64,000 nucleotides of DNA, from contig OY760687.1 of assembly GCA_963663945.1 (NCBI GenBank), forward strand, positions 2,708,555 to 2,772,554, given 5' to 3'. This stretch comes from Dehalococcoidia bacterium (GTDB lineage: Bacteria > Chloroflexota > Dehalococcoidia > Lucifugimonadales > UBA3495). Positions 1 to 9,093 of this stretch are shown here, piece by piece. The notes under the pieces are model-generated. The model did no database searches. It saw only the letters and a list, made by a program, of their open reading frames with translations, and was not told the origin of the DNA. Both the position numbers and the translations under genes were made by a program. The number at the start of each line of letters is the position of its first letter. Within the stretch, counting starts at the first letter, position 1.

Positions 1-1488
1 GATGATCCCGTCCTGCAGATTATGGGCGAATCCGTCCGGGCGCACGTCCACCAGCTTCGCCGTAAAATCGGTGTCCGCCGCAGTGGTCGCAGCATACAGC
101 GTCACGGTGATGGGGCCGGTGAGTTCCAGGTCTGATTCGACGGGTTCGGACGTAAACGAAAGTACGTCCGGCCGGTCCTCTGCGGGCCCCTGATCAAAAA
201 CGCCGTACTCGATTATGAGAGTGTTTCCACCCAGCGTGGGCACTGGATCGTTCGGGTCGTAGGTGAACTGGTCTGCAGGTTCATTCGGCTCCGGCGGCAC
301 TGTAGAAAGTGAACCGTCTCCGCCGCGGGTGTTGGCGCTGCCGCCGGAATGGAAGTACCAGCGGGTGTACTGGGTGCGGGCCAGTGGCCATTCGTTTTCG
401 TCCCGCCACTTGTTGTCGCCCATGACAAACAGGCGAACTGGCGGATCGTCCATGATGCCGGTCTCCTCGCCCTTGAGCCAGTAGCCATACCAACGCAGCA
501 GGTAATCGTGCAGCTCGATGGCCGCCTCGGAGCCGAAGTCAATGTTGCCCGCGCCACCCGTGGTGGGCTCGGTAAAGGGGCGCAGATGCGCCCACGGGCC
601 GATCAGCAACTTCTGGTTCTTGCGTGCGGTCTCGCTGCCTCCGTGCTTCCCGATTGCCTGGTAGGCGTTGAGAGCGCCCTCCAGGAAGATGTCGTACCAC
701 GCGCTGACGTGGAACATGGGAATGGTCACGTTGCGCGCCTGCCGCTGGAGGTTGATACCCCACCAGTACGGATCGTCCAGCTCTTCGTCGAAGTACTCGT
801 GAAAGTAGGGCGCCGCCTCTTTGAGGCGATCGATCCAGTCGCGCAGGGGCAGGTGCCGATACCATTCATCGGACAGCGGCTGCCCAAAGTTGCCGGGCTC
901 GATGACGTATTCGTCCATCTTGGCCAGCAATGCCTCGTGGCCGCCGCGTGCCAGGGTGTTCCGTCCCTTGAGAATGGCGTACGGAACCGTCCAGCCCCAC
1001 TCCATAGCTCCGCCGGTGTGGTAAACCCATGACTGGTGGAAGTCGGACGACGCGGAAACGACGGCCATGGTCTGCAGGTGGGGTGGCAGCGGATGCTTTC
1101 CGGCCAGGGTGTACTGCGTGGCGCCGAGGTAGCTCTGGCCCGTCGTGGCGACGCGGCCGTTGGACCAGGGTTGTCGCGCCGCCCACTCAACGGTGTCGTA
1201 GCCGTCCAGGGCTTCCTGGAACAGCGGGTCGTAGTCGCCTTCGGAATTGAAGCGGCCGCGCACATCCTGGCTCAGCATCACGTACCCGTTGCGCGGGAAG
1301 AACCAGATGGAATGGTCGGGATTGTCCAGGTAGCTGTCCTTGCTGTAGGGCCCCCGATTGATCAGCACCGGGAAGCGGCCCGGGGCGTCGGGGCGCACCA
1401 CGTCGGTGGCCAGCCTTGTTCCGTCGCGCATGGGCACCATGACGTCGGGCTCGCGTACGACCTGGTATTGGGTTCGCTGGGCGGTCAT
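1..1488 (-). CDS. CocE/NonD (S15 X-Pro dipeptidyl-peptidase-like) family hydrolase, 3' end cut by window edge
   Basis: Own translation of the minus strand from ATG 1488. It is absent from the ORF track because it runs off the window. Sequence: MTAQRTQYQVVREPDVMVPMRDGTRLATDVVRPDAPGRFPVLINRGPYSKD...TTGQSYLGATQ...LIGPWAH... It has a GxSYxG nucleophile elbow and no in-frame stop down to base 1. The + ORFs 349..1032 and 1036..1695 are antisense shadows. Confidence 0.8.
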   Translation of the reverse strand, partial: MTAQRTQYQVVREPDVMVPMRDGTRLATDVVRPDAPGRFPVLINRGPYSKDSYLDNPDHSIWFFPRNGYVMLSQDVRGRFNSEGDYDPLFQEALDGYDTVEWAARQPWSNGRVATTGQSYLGATQYTLAGKHPLPPHLQTMAVVSASSDFHQSWVYHTGGAMEWGWTVPYAILKGRNTLARGGHEALLAKMDEYVIEPGNFGQPLSDEWYRHLPLRDWIDRLKEAAPYFHEYFDEELDDPYWWGINLQRQARNVTIPMFHVSAWYDIFLEGALNAYQAIGKHGGSETARKNQKLLIGPWAHLRPFTEPTTGGAGNIDFGSEAAIELHDYLLRWYGYWLKGEETGIMDDPPVRLFVMGDNKWRDENEWPLARTQYTRWYFHSGGSANTRGGDGSLSTVPPEPNEPADQFTYDPNDPVPTLGGNTLIIEYGVFDQGPAEDRPDVLSFTSEPVESDLELTGPITVTLYAATTAADTDFTAKLVDVRPDGFAHNLQDGII

Positions 1489-1740
1489 GGGTGGCACCTC
1501 CGGAGGCGGTCAGGCCGGCGTGGCCCGCGAAGACTGGTGGTCACGATAACCGCCGGCGTACACACCGTCAACAAACGCCATCGCCGGGATTCGCACTTGC
1601 TACCGAGCTTTCTGTGCCGGCCACAGGGAGTACATTGGGCACGATTTCCGGCCGTTCGGTCGGTACGAGCGATTGACACCGGGTACGTCGACTGATAGCC
1701 TTTCCGGGCTTTTCAACACCACTATGGAGTAGTTGCAACC

Positions 1741-1950
1741 GTGCCTGGACGTGACGACAACAGCCAATCGGGACCTTCCCGCCGGCGCTTTTTGGGAGTG
1801 CTGGGCGCGGGCATTGCCGGAGCCGCAGTTGTGGCTTCGATACTGCCGTTCGGTCGGCGCAACAACACGGCGGAAGCTGCGAACGAGTTCCCTGGACCCG
1901 GGTCGATGTTCCATCCGGCGCAGGATCCCAGAACCGACCCCCGCCGATAG
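1741..1950 (+). CDS. small ORF with twin-arginine (Tat) signal-like N-terminus, function unknown (possibly a remnant)
   Basis: GTG start. SRRRFLGVLGAGIAGAAVVA resembles a Tat signal (RRxFL plus hydrophobic stretch). Only about 25 residues follow the likely cleavage region. Confidence 0.3.
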   Translation: MPGRDDNSQSGPSRRRFLGVLGAGIAGAAVVASILPFGRRNNTAEAANEFPGPGSMFHPAQDPRTDPRR

Positions 1951-2019
1951 TCGGGCAACCAACATAAGAGCGTTTTACAGGGCAGCCATCCCGGCTGCCC
2001 TGATTTATTGGCCACAGCC

Positions 2020-3771
2020 TCAGCGTCGTCCGAACTCGCGTTCCAGCTGATACTCGGTGAAATGGACCACCGTGGGACGGCCGTGGGGGCAGTGGTGCGG
2101 ATTTTCGGTGGTCTGCAGTTGCCGGAGCAGCGCGTCCATCTCTTCTTGCGCCAGCGTCATCCCAGCACGCACTGACCCGTGACATGCGACCGTCGCAGCC
2201 AGCGCGTCCTCGCGCTCCATCACCACCTGCTCCACGGCGACAGCATCCAGCAAATCGCACAGGGCAACGGTCGCATCCGGGTTGGCGCGAGCGGCCAGGT
2301 TGGCCGGCAGCGCGCGAACCAGCCACGCGCGATCCCCGAAGGGTTCCAGCGCGAAGCCGTACTCCGCAAGCAGGCTGACGTAGCTTTCCAGCGTACCCGA
2401 CTGAGCGACGGACAATTCGGCCGTCTGAGGGACCAGCAGGGGTTGCGACGGCCGTGCTCCTTCATGCATCCGCTGGCGGATCTGATCAAAAACCACGCGC
2501 TCGTGTGCAGCATGCTGGTCGATCAGGTACATGCCCGATGCGCCCTCGGCCACGATGTATGTCTGGCGGATCTGGCCCACAACGCGCAGGCCGGCCAACA
2601 CATCCCTGAGGGAGCCTTCGGCCGGCGCCAGCGCAGTCGCAGACAACGCCATGTTGTCATGCATCGGCGCAGAAACGCTCGTGGATGATGGACGGGGTGC
2701 ACCTGCGGATGGCGCGGTCGCGGGCGGCGCGGTCGCGGGCGGCGCATGTGTCGGCGCGAATGATCGGGTTGCCGTGCGTACTGGGGCGTGTGCGATCAAC
2801 GCCTCCCGGACCCCACGTTGCACCAGCGAGAACAACCGGTCCGCTTGACGGAACCGCACCTCTCGCTTGCTGGGGTGGGAGTTGACATCGACCTGGTCGG
2901 GAGGCAGGCATATATTGAGGATGGCCAGAGGAAAGCGGCGTTCCGGCAAAGTTCCCTGGTAGGCCTGCTCGATGGCGTAATAGATCGAACGGTCGTACAC
3001 CCAGCGACGGTTGACCAGCAGGGTGGTGTAGGAACGGTTTCTCCGGGTCAGGTCCGGGGCGCCGACGTATCCATCTACTGACACCTCACCGTCCGCGAGG
3101 GAAACCGGCAGCATGCGTCCGGTCACCTCGGAGCCGTAGAGGGACAGGATGACATCCTGAAGCCGACCGGAGCCCGGCGTGTTGATCGCTTCCCGTCCAT
3201 CGACTGACAGGGTGAAGCGAACTTCAGGGTGGGCCAGCGCGTAACGGGTAACGACCTCATGGACGCGGGCGGATTCAGCCGCGGCGGAGCGCAGGAACTT
3301 GCGGCGGGCCGGCAGGGCGCCGAACAAATCCGACACCTGCACCGAAGTTCCGGGAGGGCACCCCTCGGAACGCTCACCGACGCTGTTTCCGTAGCGAAAC
3401 TCGATGCGGGCTCCCGCTTCCGAATCGGGAGGACGAGTGGTGCAAACTACTCTGGCAACCGCCGCGACGCTGGGCAACGCTTCGCCACGGAACCCCAGCG
3501 TGGAGACGGATTCCAGGTCATCGACGGTGGACAGTTTGCTGGTGGCGTGATGGGTGAAAGCCAAACCCAGCTCGTCCGCGGCGATCCCGCGACCGTTGTC
3601 GGTGACCCGCATCTCGGCAACGCCGCCCTCGTGTATGGATACGGCGATATTGGTTGCGCCGGCGTCCAGCGAGTTTTCCACCAGCTCTTTGACCACCGAT
3701 GCGGGGCGTTCGATAACCTCACCGGCCGCGATCTGGGCGGCAACGTGCGGCGGGAGCTGTTGAATGGGCAT
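2020..3771 (-). CDS. mutL: DNA mismatch repair protein MutL
   Basis: MPIQQLPPHVAAQIAAGEVIERPASVVKELVENSLDAGAT is the GHKL ATPase N-terminus typical of MutL. The C-terminal dimerisation region ends ...CPHGRPT. Start moved from 3900 to ATG 3771, which begins the conserved N-terminus. Confidence 0.92.
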   Translation of the reverse strand: MPIQQLPPHVAAQIAAGEVIERPASVVKELVENSLDAGATNIAVSIHEGGVAEMRVTDNGRGIAADELGLAFTHHATSKLSTVDDLESVSTLGFRGEALPSVAAVARVVCTTRPPDSEAGARIEFRYGNSVGERSEGCPPGTSVQVSDLFGALPARRKFLRSAAAESARVHEVVTRYALAHPEVRFTLSVDGREAINTPGSGRLQDVILSLYGSEVTGRMLPVSLADGEVSVDGYVGAPDLTRRNRSYTTLLVNRRWVYDRSIYYAIEQAYQGTLPERRFPLAILNICLPPDQVDVNSHPSKREVRFRQADRLFSLVQRGVREALIAHAPVRTATRSFAPTHAPPATAPPATAPSAGAPRPSSTSVSAPMHDNMALSATALAPAEGSLRDVLAGLRVVGQIRQTYIVAEGASGMYLIDQHAAHERVVFDQIRQRMHEGARPSQPLLVPQTAELSVAQSGTLESYVSLLAEYGFALEPFGDRAWLVRALPANLAARANPDATVALCDLLDAVAVEQVVMEREDALAATVACHGSVRAGMTLAQEEMDALLRQLQTTENPHHCPHGRPTVVHFTEYQLEREFGRR

Positions 3772-3787
3772 GTGACGGGGCACGCCG

Positions 3788-4225
3788 CTAGAACAGGGGT
3801 ATCTTGGTGCCCTTGGCCCGGTACTGGCGGTCCTCGGAGTCTCCCGTTTCCTGGAAATCGCAGATGATCCGGTAAATGCGATCCATCTCGTGGTCAACAC
3901 TGCGCGAGAAGAAGTAGGGCGGCACCCACACGCCGCCGAAAGCCGCCACGATCTCGGGATAGTCGTCGATCACGAACTCGGGTTCCACCGGGATATTCAA
4001 CTCGGGCAGGCGCTCGTGGAAATGATGGGTGGGCTTCTCGTATACGCCGGATACGAACCGATGCAGGTCGTGCTTTTCGATGACCTCCCAGCGCTCTCCC
4101 ATCCCGGACCAGATGTAGATTTCGTGGCCATCGTCGAGGATTTTCTGGAAGGTATCCACGGTGCCGGGGCGAAGGGTGTCGTCCAGACCCAGGATCGTGT
4201 AGTCCACGTCGAAAAATATTTTCAT
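3788..4225 (-). CDS. HAD-superfamily hydrolase-like protein
   Basis: N-terminal MKIFFDVDYT matches the HAD motif I DxD. Confidence 0.65.
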   Translation of the reverse strand: MKIFFDVDYTILGLDDTLRPGTVDTFQKILDDGHEIYIWSGMGERWEVIEKHDLHRFVSGVYEKPTHHFHERLPELNIPVEPEFVIDDYPEIVAAFGGVWVPPYFFSRSVDHEMDRIYRIICDFQETGDSEDRQYRAKGTKIPLF

Positions 4226-4273
4226 GATCGGTTCGGCGTCCTGGAGGCGTTGAAATTAGCGGTATTGTTCGGA

Positions 4274-4636
4274 TCAGGAACTGAGCGCTTCAGTCATGGC
4301 TTTGATGCTGGCCCCTACGATCAACCGATCGCCCAGGCGTACGATGGGGCGGCGAACCAGCCGGGGTTCATCCAGCATCAGCGCGAGCTTGCGCTCATCG
4401 GAAAGCTCTGCTGCGTTCAGGCCCATCTTTTTCAGCGATGGGCTGCGTGCGGCGAACAAACCGGTCACGCCGGGTTCTCCCGCTTCGTTGACCAGCTCGC
4501 GAAGCTCCGTTTCCGTGAACGGTTCCTTGAAATAATCGCGTTCTTCAACCGTGTAGCCGTTTTGAACGAGCAACTCTCGCACCTTGCGACAGCTGCTTCA
4601 ACGCGGCCACCAATACATCGTTGCTGTAGCGCCCAT
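4274..4636 (-). CDS. ArsC/Spx/YffB-family redox protein with in-frame UGA (candidate selenocysteine, UxxC)
   Basis: The ORF track gives only 4274..4582. The same frame upstream reads GGAGGG-N4-ATG(4636)...MGATATMYWWPR-TGA(4600-4598)-SSCRKVRELLVQNGYTVEERDYF. This is the family N-terminal strand plus CxxC/R-K motif, with TGA at the first Cys position. Confidence 0.6.
4569..4597 (-). promoter_or_regulatory. SECIS-like stem-loop immediately 3' of the in-frame UGA
   Basis: The mRNA after UGA reads AGCAGCU-G-UCGC[AAGGU]GCGA-G-AGUUGCU. It forms 11 base pairs with one G.G mismatch and has GGU in the apical loop. Confidence 0.45.
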
Positions 4637-4781
4637 TCGACCCTCCGACGAATCCGGTGAAAATGTGCTGCGGCAAGGGCTATTTTATAACGAACCGGGC
4701 TTTGACATAAGTGGGGCGCGCGTAAATTCTGTGTAAGATCCCGGACATCCTAAGCGCCACGGCACGTGCCAGTGTCCACTA

Positions 4782-4790
4782 TGCTATAAT
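4782..4790 (+). promoter_or_regulatory. possible extended -10 promoter element (TGcTATAAT) upstream of rpmB
   Basis: tgctataat lies about 30 nt upstream of the rpmB ATG. No good -35 was seen. Confidence 0.3.
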
Positions 4791-4820
4791 CTGCGACACC
4801 AACAGGGCGGGGAAAGAATC

Positions 4821-5033
4821 ATGCAGTGCCAGATATGCAACAAGTCCGGCATGACCGGAAACAATGTGAGCCACTCCAACCGCAAGACCAAGACGCGGTG
4901 GAAGGCCAACGTTCACAAGCAGACGCTAGCAATCGACGGTAAGCCCACACGCGTCAAAATCTGTTCGCGGTGCCTGAGGACGATGTACAAGCCGCCCCGG
5001 GGCAAGAAGGCGCGAGCCAGGGCCGCCGCGTAG
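4821..5033 (+). CDS. rpmB: 50S ribosomal protein L28
   Basis: MQCQICNKSGMTGNNVSHSNRKTKTRWKANVH matches the bL28 signature (C..C.K....GN.VSHS....KR.). Confidence 0.9.
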   Translation: MQCQICNKSGMTGNNVSHSNRKTKTRWKANVHKQTLAIDGKPTRVKICSRCLRTMYKPPRGKKARARAAA

Positions 5034-5062
5034 CCAGGCAGCCCGCACAACCGTTCAGCATG

Positions 5063-5086
5063 AAGGGCGAAAGATTTTTCGCCCTT
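5063..5086. terminator. hairpin between convergent rpmB and rpe
   Basis: AAGGGCGAAA-ga-TTTTTCGCCCTT stem-loop. It overlaps the rpe stop codon. Confidence 0.45.
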
Positions 5087-5783
5087 ACTCATTTCCCGGC
5101 GACATGCCGGACACCGTGTCCCGCAGCGCGGCCATTGCCTCTGCCACCGACTGTTCACGGTTGAAAATCGCGGTGCCGGCCACCAGGATACCGGCGCCGG
5201 CAGCCACTGAATCACGGGCGGTGTCGTCGGCTTTGACGCCACCATCGACCTCCAGTTGCACACCGTACCCGTTATCGGCAATCGTGCGATAAAGCCGCCG
5301 CAATTTCCCGAGCGCCGCGGGTATGAACGACTGCCCGCCAAATCCCGGATTGACAGTCATCACCAGTACGATATCGAGATCCGGAAGCACTTCTTCGACC
5401 GCGGCCAGCGGCGTCGCCGGGTTGATGGCGACACCAACCTGGCACCCCTGCTCCTTGATGTAGCCCACCGTGCGGTGCAGGTGCGTACAGGCCTCGGCAT
5501 GAACCAGGACCTGATCGTTGATGTCCTTGACCAGGCCCGGCAGCAGGCGATCGGGTTCGTGGACCATCAGGTGGAGATTGAGTGGTAGTGAGGTGGCCCC
5601 ACGAATGGCGTCCACCACCACCTCGCCGAACGAGATGTTGGGAACGAAACGGCCATCCATGATGTCAACATGGATCAGGTCAGCGCCGGCAGCCTCGGCA
5701 TCCGCCACCTGTTGCGCCAGCCGGCCGAAGTCGGCTGCGAGAACCGACGGTGCAATCTGGACGTGGGCGGCGGTGGAGGTCAC
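5085..5783 (-). CDS. rpe: ribulose-phosphate 3-epimerase
   Basis: IAPSVLAADFGRLAQQV...HVDIMDGRFVPNISFG are classic Rpe motifs. Confidence 0.92.
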   Translation of the reverse strand: MTSTAAHVQIAPSVLAADFGRLAQQVADAEAAGADLIHVDIMDGRFVPNISFGEVVVDAIRGATSLPLNLHLMVHEPDRLLPGLVKDINDQVLVHAEACTHLHRTVGYIKEQGCQVGVAINPATPLAAVEEVLPDLDIVLVMTVNPGFGGQSFIPAALGKLRRLYRTIADNGYGVQLEVDGGVKADDTARDSVAAGAGILVAGTAIFNREQSVAEAMAALRDTVSGMSPGNE

Positions 5784-7126
5784 TGTACCCCGGCGGTCGC
5801 AAGGATATTCTTGGCACGGGCCAGACCATCGGCGACGCGGTTGGGCGCCGTCCCGCCCGGATTGTCCCGAGCGGCGACCGAAGCGGCGGCCGTGATGGCA
5901 TACACGTCATCGTCGAATTGGGGCGCGAAACGCCGGTACTCCGCTATGGGCAGGTCGGAGAGAGACAGGCCGTCAGCCTCGCAGTGCTGGCACAGCCGGC
6001 GCATGACGCCGTGGGCATCGCGGAAGGGCACGCCTTTGCGCACCAGGTAATCGGCAAGGTCGGTGGCGAGCATGTAGCTCTCGCTGGCCAGCGACTCGAC
6101 CCGATCTATGTTCAATGTCAGACCGGGCAGCATATCGGCGAAGACGGACAGGGTGGACAGCAGCGTATCTACGGTGTCGAAGAAACCCTCTTTGTCCTCC
6201 TGCAGGTCGCGGTTGTACGTCAAGGGCAGTCCCTTCAGGACAGTAAGGATGCCCATCAGACTGCCGTAAACCCGGCCCGTCTTGCCCCGGGCGATCTCGG
6301 CAAAATCGGGGTTGCGCTTCTGCGGCATGATGCTGCTGCCGGTGGTGAACTCGTCGGCCAGACGCACGAAGTCGAACTCGCGGCTGGACCAGATGACGAT
6401 CTCCTCGGACAGTCTGGAAACATGCATCATTGCGATGGCGGCGGCGGAGTGAAACTCGGCCAGAAAATCCCGGTCGGCCACCGCGTCCATGCTGTTCGGG
6501 CTGATTTCCGAGAATTCCAGGACCGAGGCCACCGCGTTGCGATCCGTGGGGTAGGGCACGCCGGCCAGGGCGCCGCTCCCCAGAGGCAGCACATCCATAC
6601 GGGCTGCGCAGTCGGCGAATCGGCCGACATCACGCTCCAGCATTTCGAAATATGCCAGCATGTGATGGGCGAACAGGACCGGCTGAGCGCGCTGCAAATG
6701 CGTGTAGCCCGGCATCACGACGTCGAGGTATCCCTCCGCCAGGCCCAACAGGGCGCGCTGGACGGACCGCAGGCCCGTAACCGTGTCGCCAACGGCGGCG
6801 CGGGTGTACAGGCGCATGTCCAAGGCAATCTGGTCGTTGCGCGAGCGACCGGTGTGGAGCCTAGCCCCAGCCGGACCGATCAGGTCGGTCAGCCGGCGCT
6901 CGATGTTCATGTGCAGGTCTTCGAGAGACGGATCCCACGGAAATTCGCCCCGCTCGATCTCGTCTTGCACCGTGGAGAGGCCGCGAATTATCGCGTCCGC
7001 GTCGTCCCTGGCGATGATGCCCTGCTTCGCCAGCATGTCGGCGTGCGCCTTTGAGCCGGCGATGTCCTGCCGGTACAGCCTGCGGTCGTAGTGTATGGAG
7101 ACAGTGTAGTCGCTGTGATCCTGCAT
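5780..7126 (-). CDS. argH: argininosuccinate lyase
   Basis: YDRRLYRQDIAGSKAH, TGRSRNDQ and GSSIMPQKRNPD match the fumarate-lyase family signature. The stop overlaps the rpe start (ATGA). Confidence 0.9.
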   Translation of the reverse strand: MQDHSDYTVSIHYDRRLYRQDIAGSKAHADMLAKQGIIARDDADAIIRGLSTVQDEIERGEFPWDPSLEDLHMNIERRLTDLIGPAGARLHTGRSRNDQIALDMRLYTRAAVGDTVTGLRSVQRALLGLAEGYLDVVMPGYTHLQRAQPVLFAHHMLAYFEMLERDVGRFADCAARMDVLPLGSGALAGVPYPTDRNAVASVLEFSEISPNSMDAVADRDFLAEFHSAAAIAMMHVSRLSEEIVIWSSREFDFVRLADEFTTGSSIMPQKRNPDFAEIARGKTGRVYGSLMGILTVLKGLPLTYNRDLQEDKEGFFDTVDTLLSTLSVFADMLPGLTLNIDRVESLASESYMLATDLADYLVRKGVPFRDAHGVMRRLCQHCEADGLSLSDLPIAEYRRFAPQFDDDVYAITAAASVAARDNPGGTAPNRVADGLARAKNILATAGVQ

Positions 7127-7187
7127 TGGCGTAGAAACTACCGCCCGACCCGACGGTCAGAAGGTCCGGTTAGACGTGACGGATGGT

Positions 7188-8003
7188 TCAGGCATCCAGG
7201 TAGGCGAAGCTTGCGGCAAGGTTTTCGAAAACCTCGTCGTGCGGAGGGATTTCCATCACGGCCGGGCCGTCATACGCCTTGCCCTGCAGGATGCGGCGCA
7301 TGGCCCGACAGTCCAGGTCACCGTCGTCCACGCTGCCAATGGCGACACCGTCGCGGGCCTGCTTGAAATGGACGATCTTGATGAAGTCAGCAGGGAGGGC
7401 CGCCAATTCGTCCAACGGTTGCGTGTCCGGATGGCGGCGCAGTTGGTTGGTTGGGTCGGGGCACAGCCCGAGATACTGCCCTTCGGCCTCGGTCAGTTGA
7501 GCCCGAGCCTCGCTGACCAGGAGCGCCATCGACCGCAACGGCTGGCCCGAGTTTTCCATCGAGAATATAACGCCCTGGCGCGCCGCCTCCCGTACCAGGG
7601 GCACGATACGTCCCGCCGCTTCGGCGACGTCGTCGGGGGTCTCCCAGGGGGTATCGGACGCCCCCGGATCCACGGTGCGCAGGTGGGGCGATCCGCCGCC
7701 CACCAGGCGCGCCGCCTCCAGCTGGGACTGGTACAGTCCACCCTGTGGATCGATGTCGGTGGTGATACACGGAAGCGCGACCGCCAGGTCGAAGGTGAGA
7801 TCGGGGAACCGGACCACCACGTCAGCGAGAGCGGTCAGGTTCGGGCGCCATTCCTGGCCTTCGCCAGCCTCCGCGAGACCGAGACAGGTTTGGCGCAGTT
7901 CGATGTGGCGCGCGCCGTGATCCTGCGCGGTGGCGATGAGATCGGCAAGGTCAGCGTCGTCGAGTTGGTTGCGCCAGGAATTGGTAATTGCGCCGTAGAT
8001 CAT
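7188..8003 (-). CDS. sugar phosphate isomerase/epimerase (xylose-isomerase-like TIM barrel) family protein
   Basis: HIELR, FSMEN, VHFKQA and VMEIP spacing resembles the AP_endonuc_2 fold. Start moved to ATG 8003 (MIYGAITNSW). Confidence 0.6.
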   Translation of the reverse strand: MIYGAITNSWRNQLDDADLADLIATAQDHGARHIELRQTCLGLAEAGEGQEWRPNLTALADVVVRFPDLTFDLAVALPCITTDIDPQGGLYQSQLEAARLVGGGSPHLRTVDPGASDTPWETPDDVAEAAGRIVPLVREAARQGVIFSMENSGQPLRSMALLVSEARAQLTEAEGQYLGLCPDPTNQLRRHPDTQPLDELAALPADFIKIVHFKQARDGVAIGSVDDGDLDCRAMRRILQGKAYDGPAVMEIPPHDEVFENLAASFAYLDA

Positions 8004-8216
8004 GGTGCTTTGCCCCTCAAACTCAGGCCGTGGTTCGCGATTGCTTGAAAACCGGAGCGCCCCGGCGATCAATGGACCGCCGGCAGAAACTATACCGCAG
8101 CGAAGGGTTGCGCTCAACAGCAGGTCTGATGACATCCCTGCCGCAGTACGGAAGGACCCCTATGCTAAAATTGCGCAACGAACAAATGCCCATCGACACA
8201 CGCAGGAGGCTAACCG

Positions 8217-8576
8217 ATGGCCGAATTGTACAGCGAACGATGCACCGCCTGCCGCCGCGACTCTCCCCACGTCACTGAGGCAGAGGTCGCCGAATTGCAC
8301 CCGGCAATAAACGATTGGGCATTGATCGACGAAGCCGGCATCCCGAAGCTGGACCGCCAGTTTAAGTTCGGGAATTTCGTCCAGGCGCTGGAATTCACCA
8401 ACGCGCTGGGTGAGTTGGCGGAATCTGAAGGCCACCATCCCCGGCTGACCACCGAATGGGGGCGGGTCAGCGTGACCTGGTGGACGCACAAGATTCGCAA
8501 CCTCCATCGCAACGACTTCGTCATGGCGGCGAAGACGGACCAGTTGTACGCCGAGCATGCGCCGGCGGAAGGGTAA
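8217..8576 (+). CDS. pterin-4-alpha-carbinolamine dehydratase
   Basis: FVQALEFTNALGELAESEGHHPRLTTEWGRVSVTWWTH matches the PCD/DCoH motif (E..HHP). Confidence 0.85.
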   Translation: MAELYSERCTACRRDSPHVTEAEVAELHPAINDWALIDEAGIPKLDRQFKFGNFVQALEFTNALGELAESEGHHPRLTTEWGRVSVTWWTHKIRNLHRNDFVMAAKTDQLYAEHAPAEG

Positions 8577-8610
8577 GCAAGAAAGTCGACCAAATTTTTC
8601 CGAGCGAACG

Positions 8611-9093
8611 ATGGACTCTAACACTCGCAAAGAAAGGTTCTCATTAGCGTACATCGGCGCTGTGGCATCGCACGCAGACTGTGAACTCGTTGAACCGAAG
8701 GTGGACCGCGGCAGTGTCGACGGCATGCTCAAGAGAGCAAGTATCACGGAGCTGATCGGATTCCAAGCTAAGGCAACGTCTCGGGATCTAATTTCCTCGT
8801 CTGCTGATCACATAAATTTCCCGCTGCCCGTAACCGATTATGACAACCTTCGAAACGCAGGGCGTCCATTCATTCTGGTGGTTGTCCTGCTGCCGGACGA
8901 AGAGAGCCAATGGCTATCGCAAAGCAACGAAGAACTTTGCTTACGATATTGCGGGTACTGGCTCTCGCTTGAAGGGCGGTCAGGAGTGACGAACACTAGC
9001 ACCGTGACAGTGCGTCTCCCTTTGGCAAACAGGTTCGGCAGCGTTCAACTCGGTACCTTAATGGACCGGGCCGCATCAGGGTCCTCGCTATGA
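8611..9093 (+). CDS. DUF4365-like PD-(D/E)xK nuclease-fold protein
   Basis: MDSNTRKERFSLAYIGAVASHADCELVEPKVDRGSVDGML-x10-IGFQAKAT gives a D..D...QxK core. The region is low in GC. Start chosen at ATG 8611 inside ORF 8557..9093. Confidence 0.6.
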   Translation: MDSNTRKERFSLAYIGAVASHADCELVEPKVDRGSVDGMLKRASITELIGFQAKATSRDLISSSADHINFPLPVTDYDNLRNAGRPFILVVVLLPDEESQWLSQSNEELCLRYCGYWLSLEGRSGVTNTSTVTVRLPLANRFGSVQLGTLMDRAASGSSL

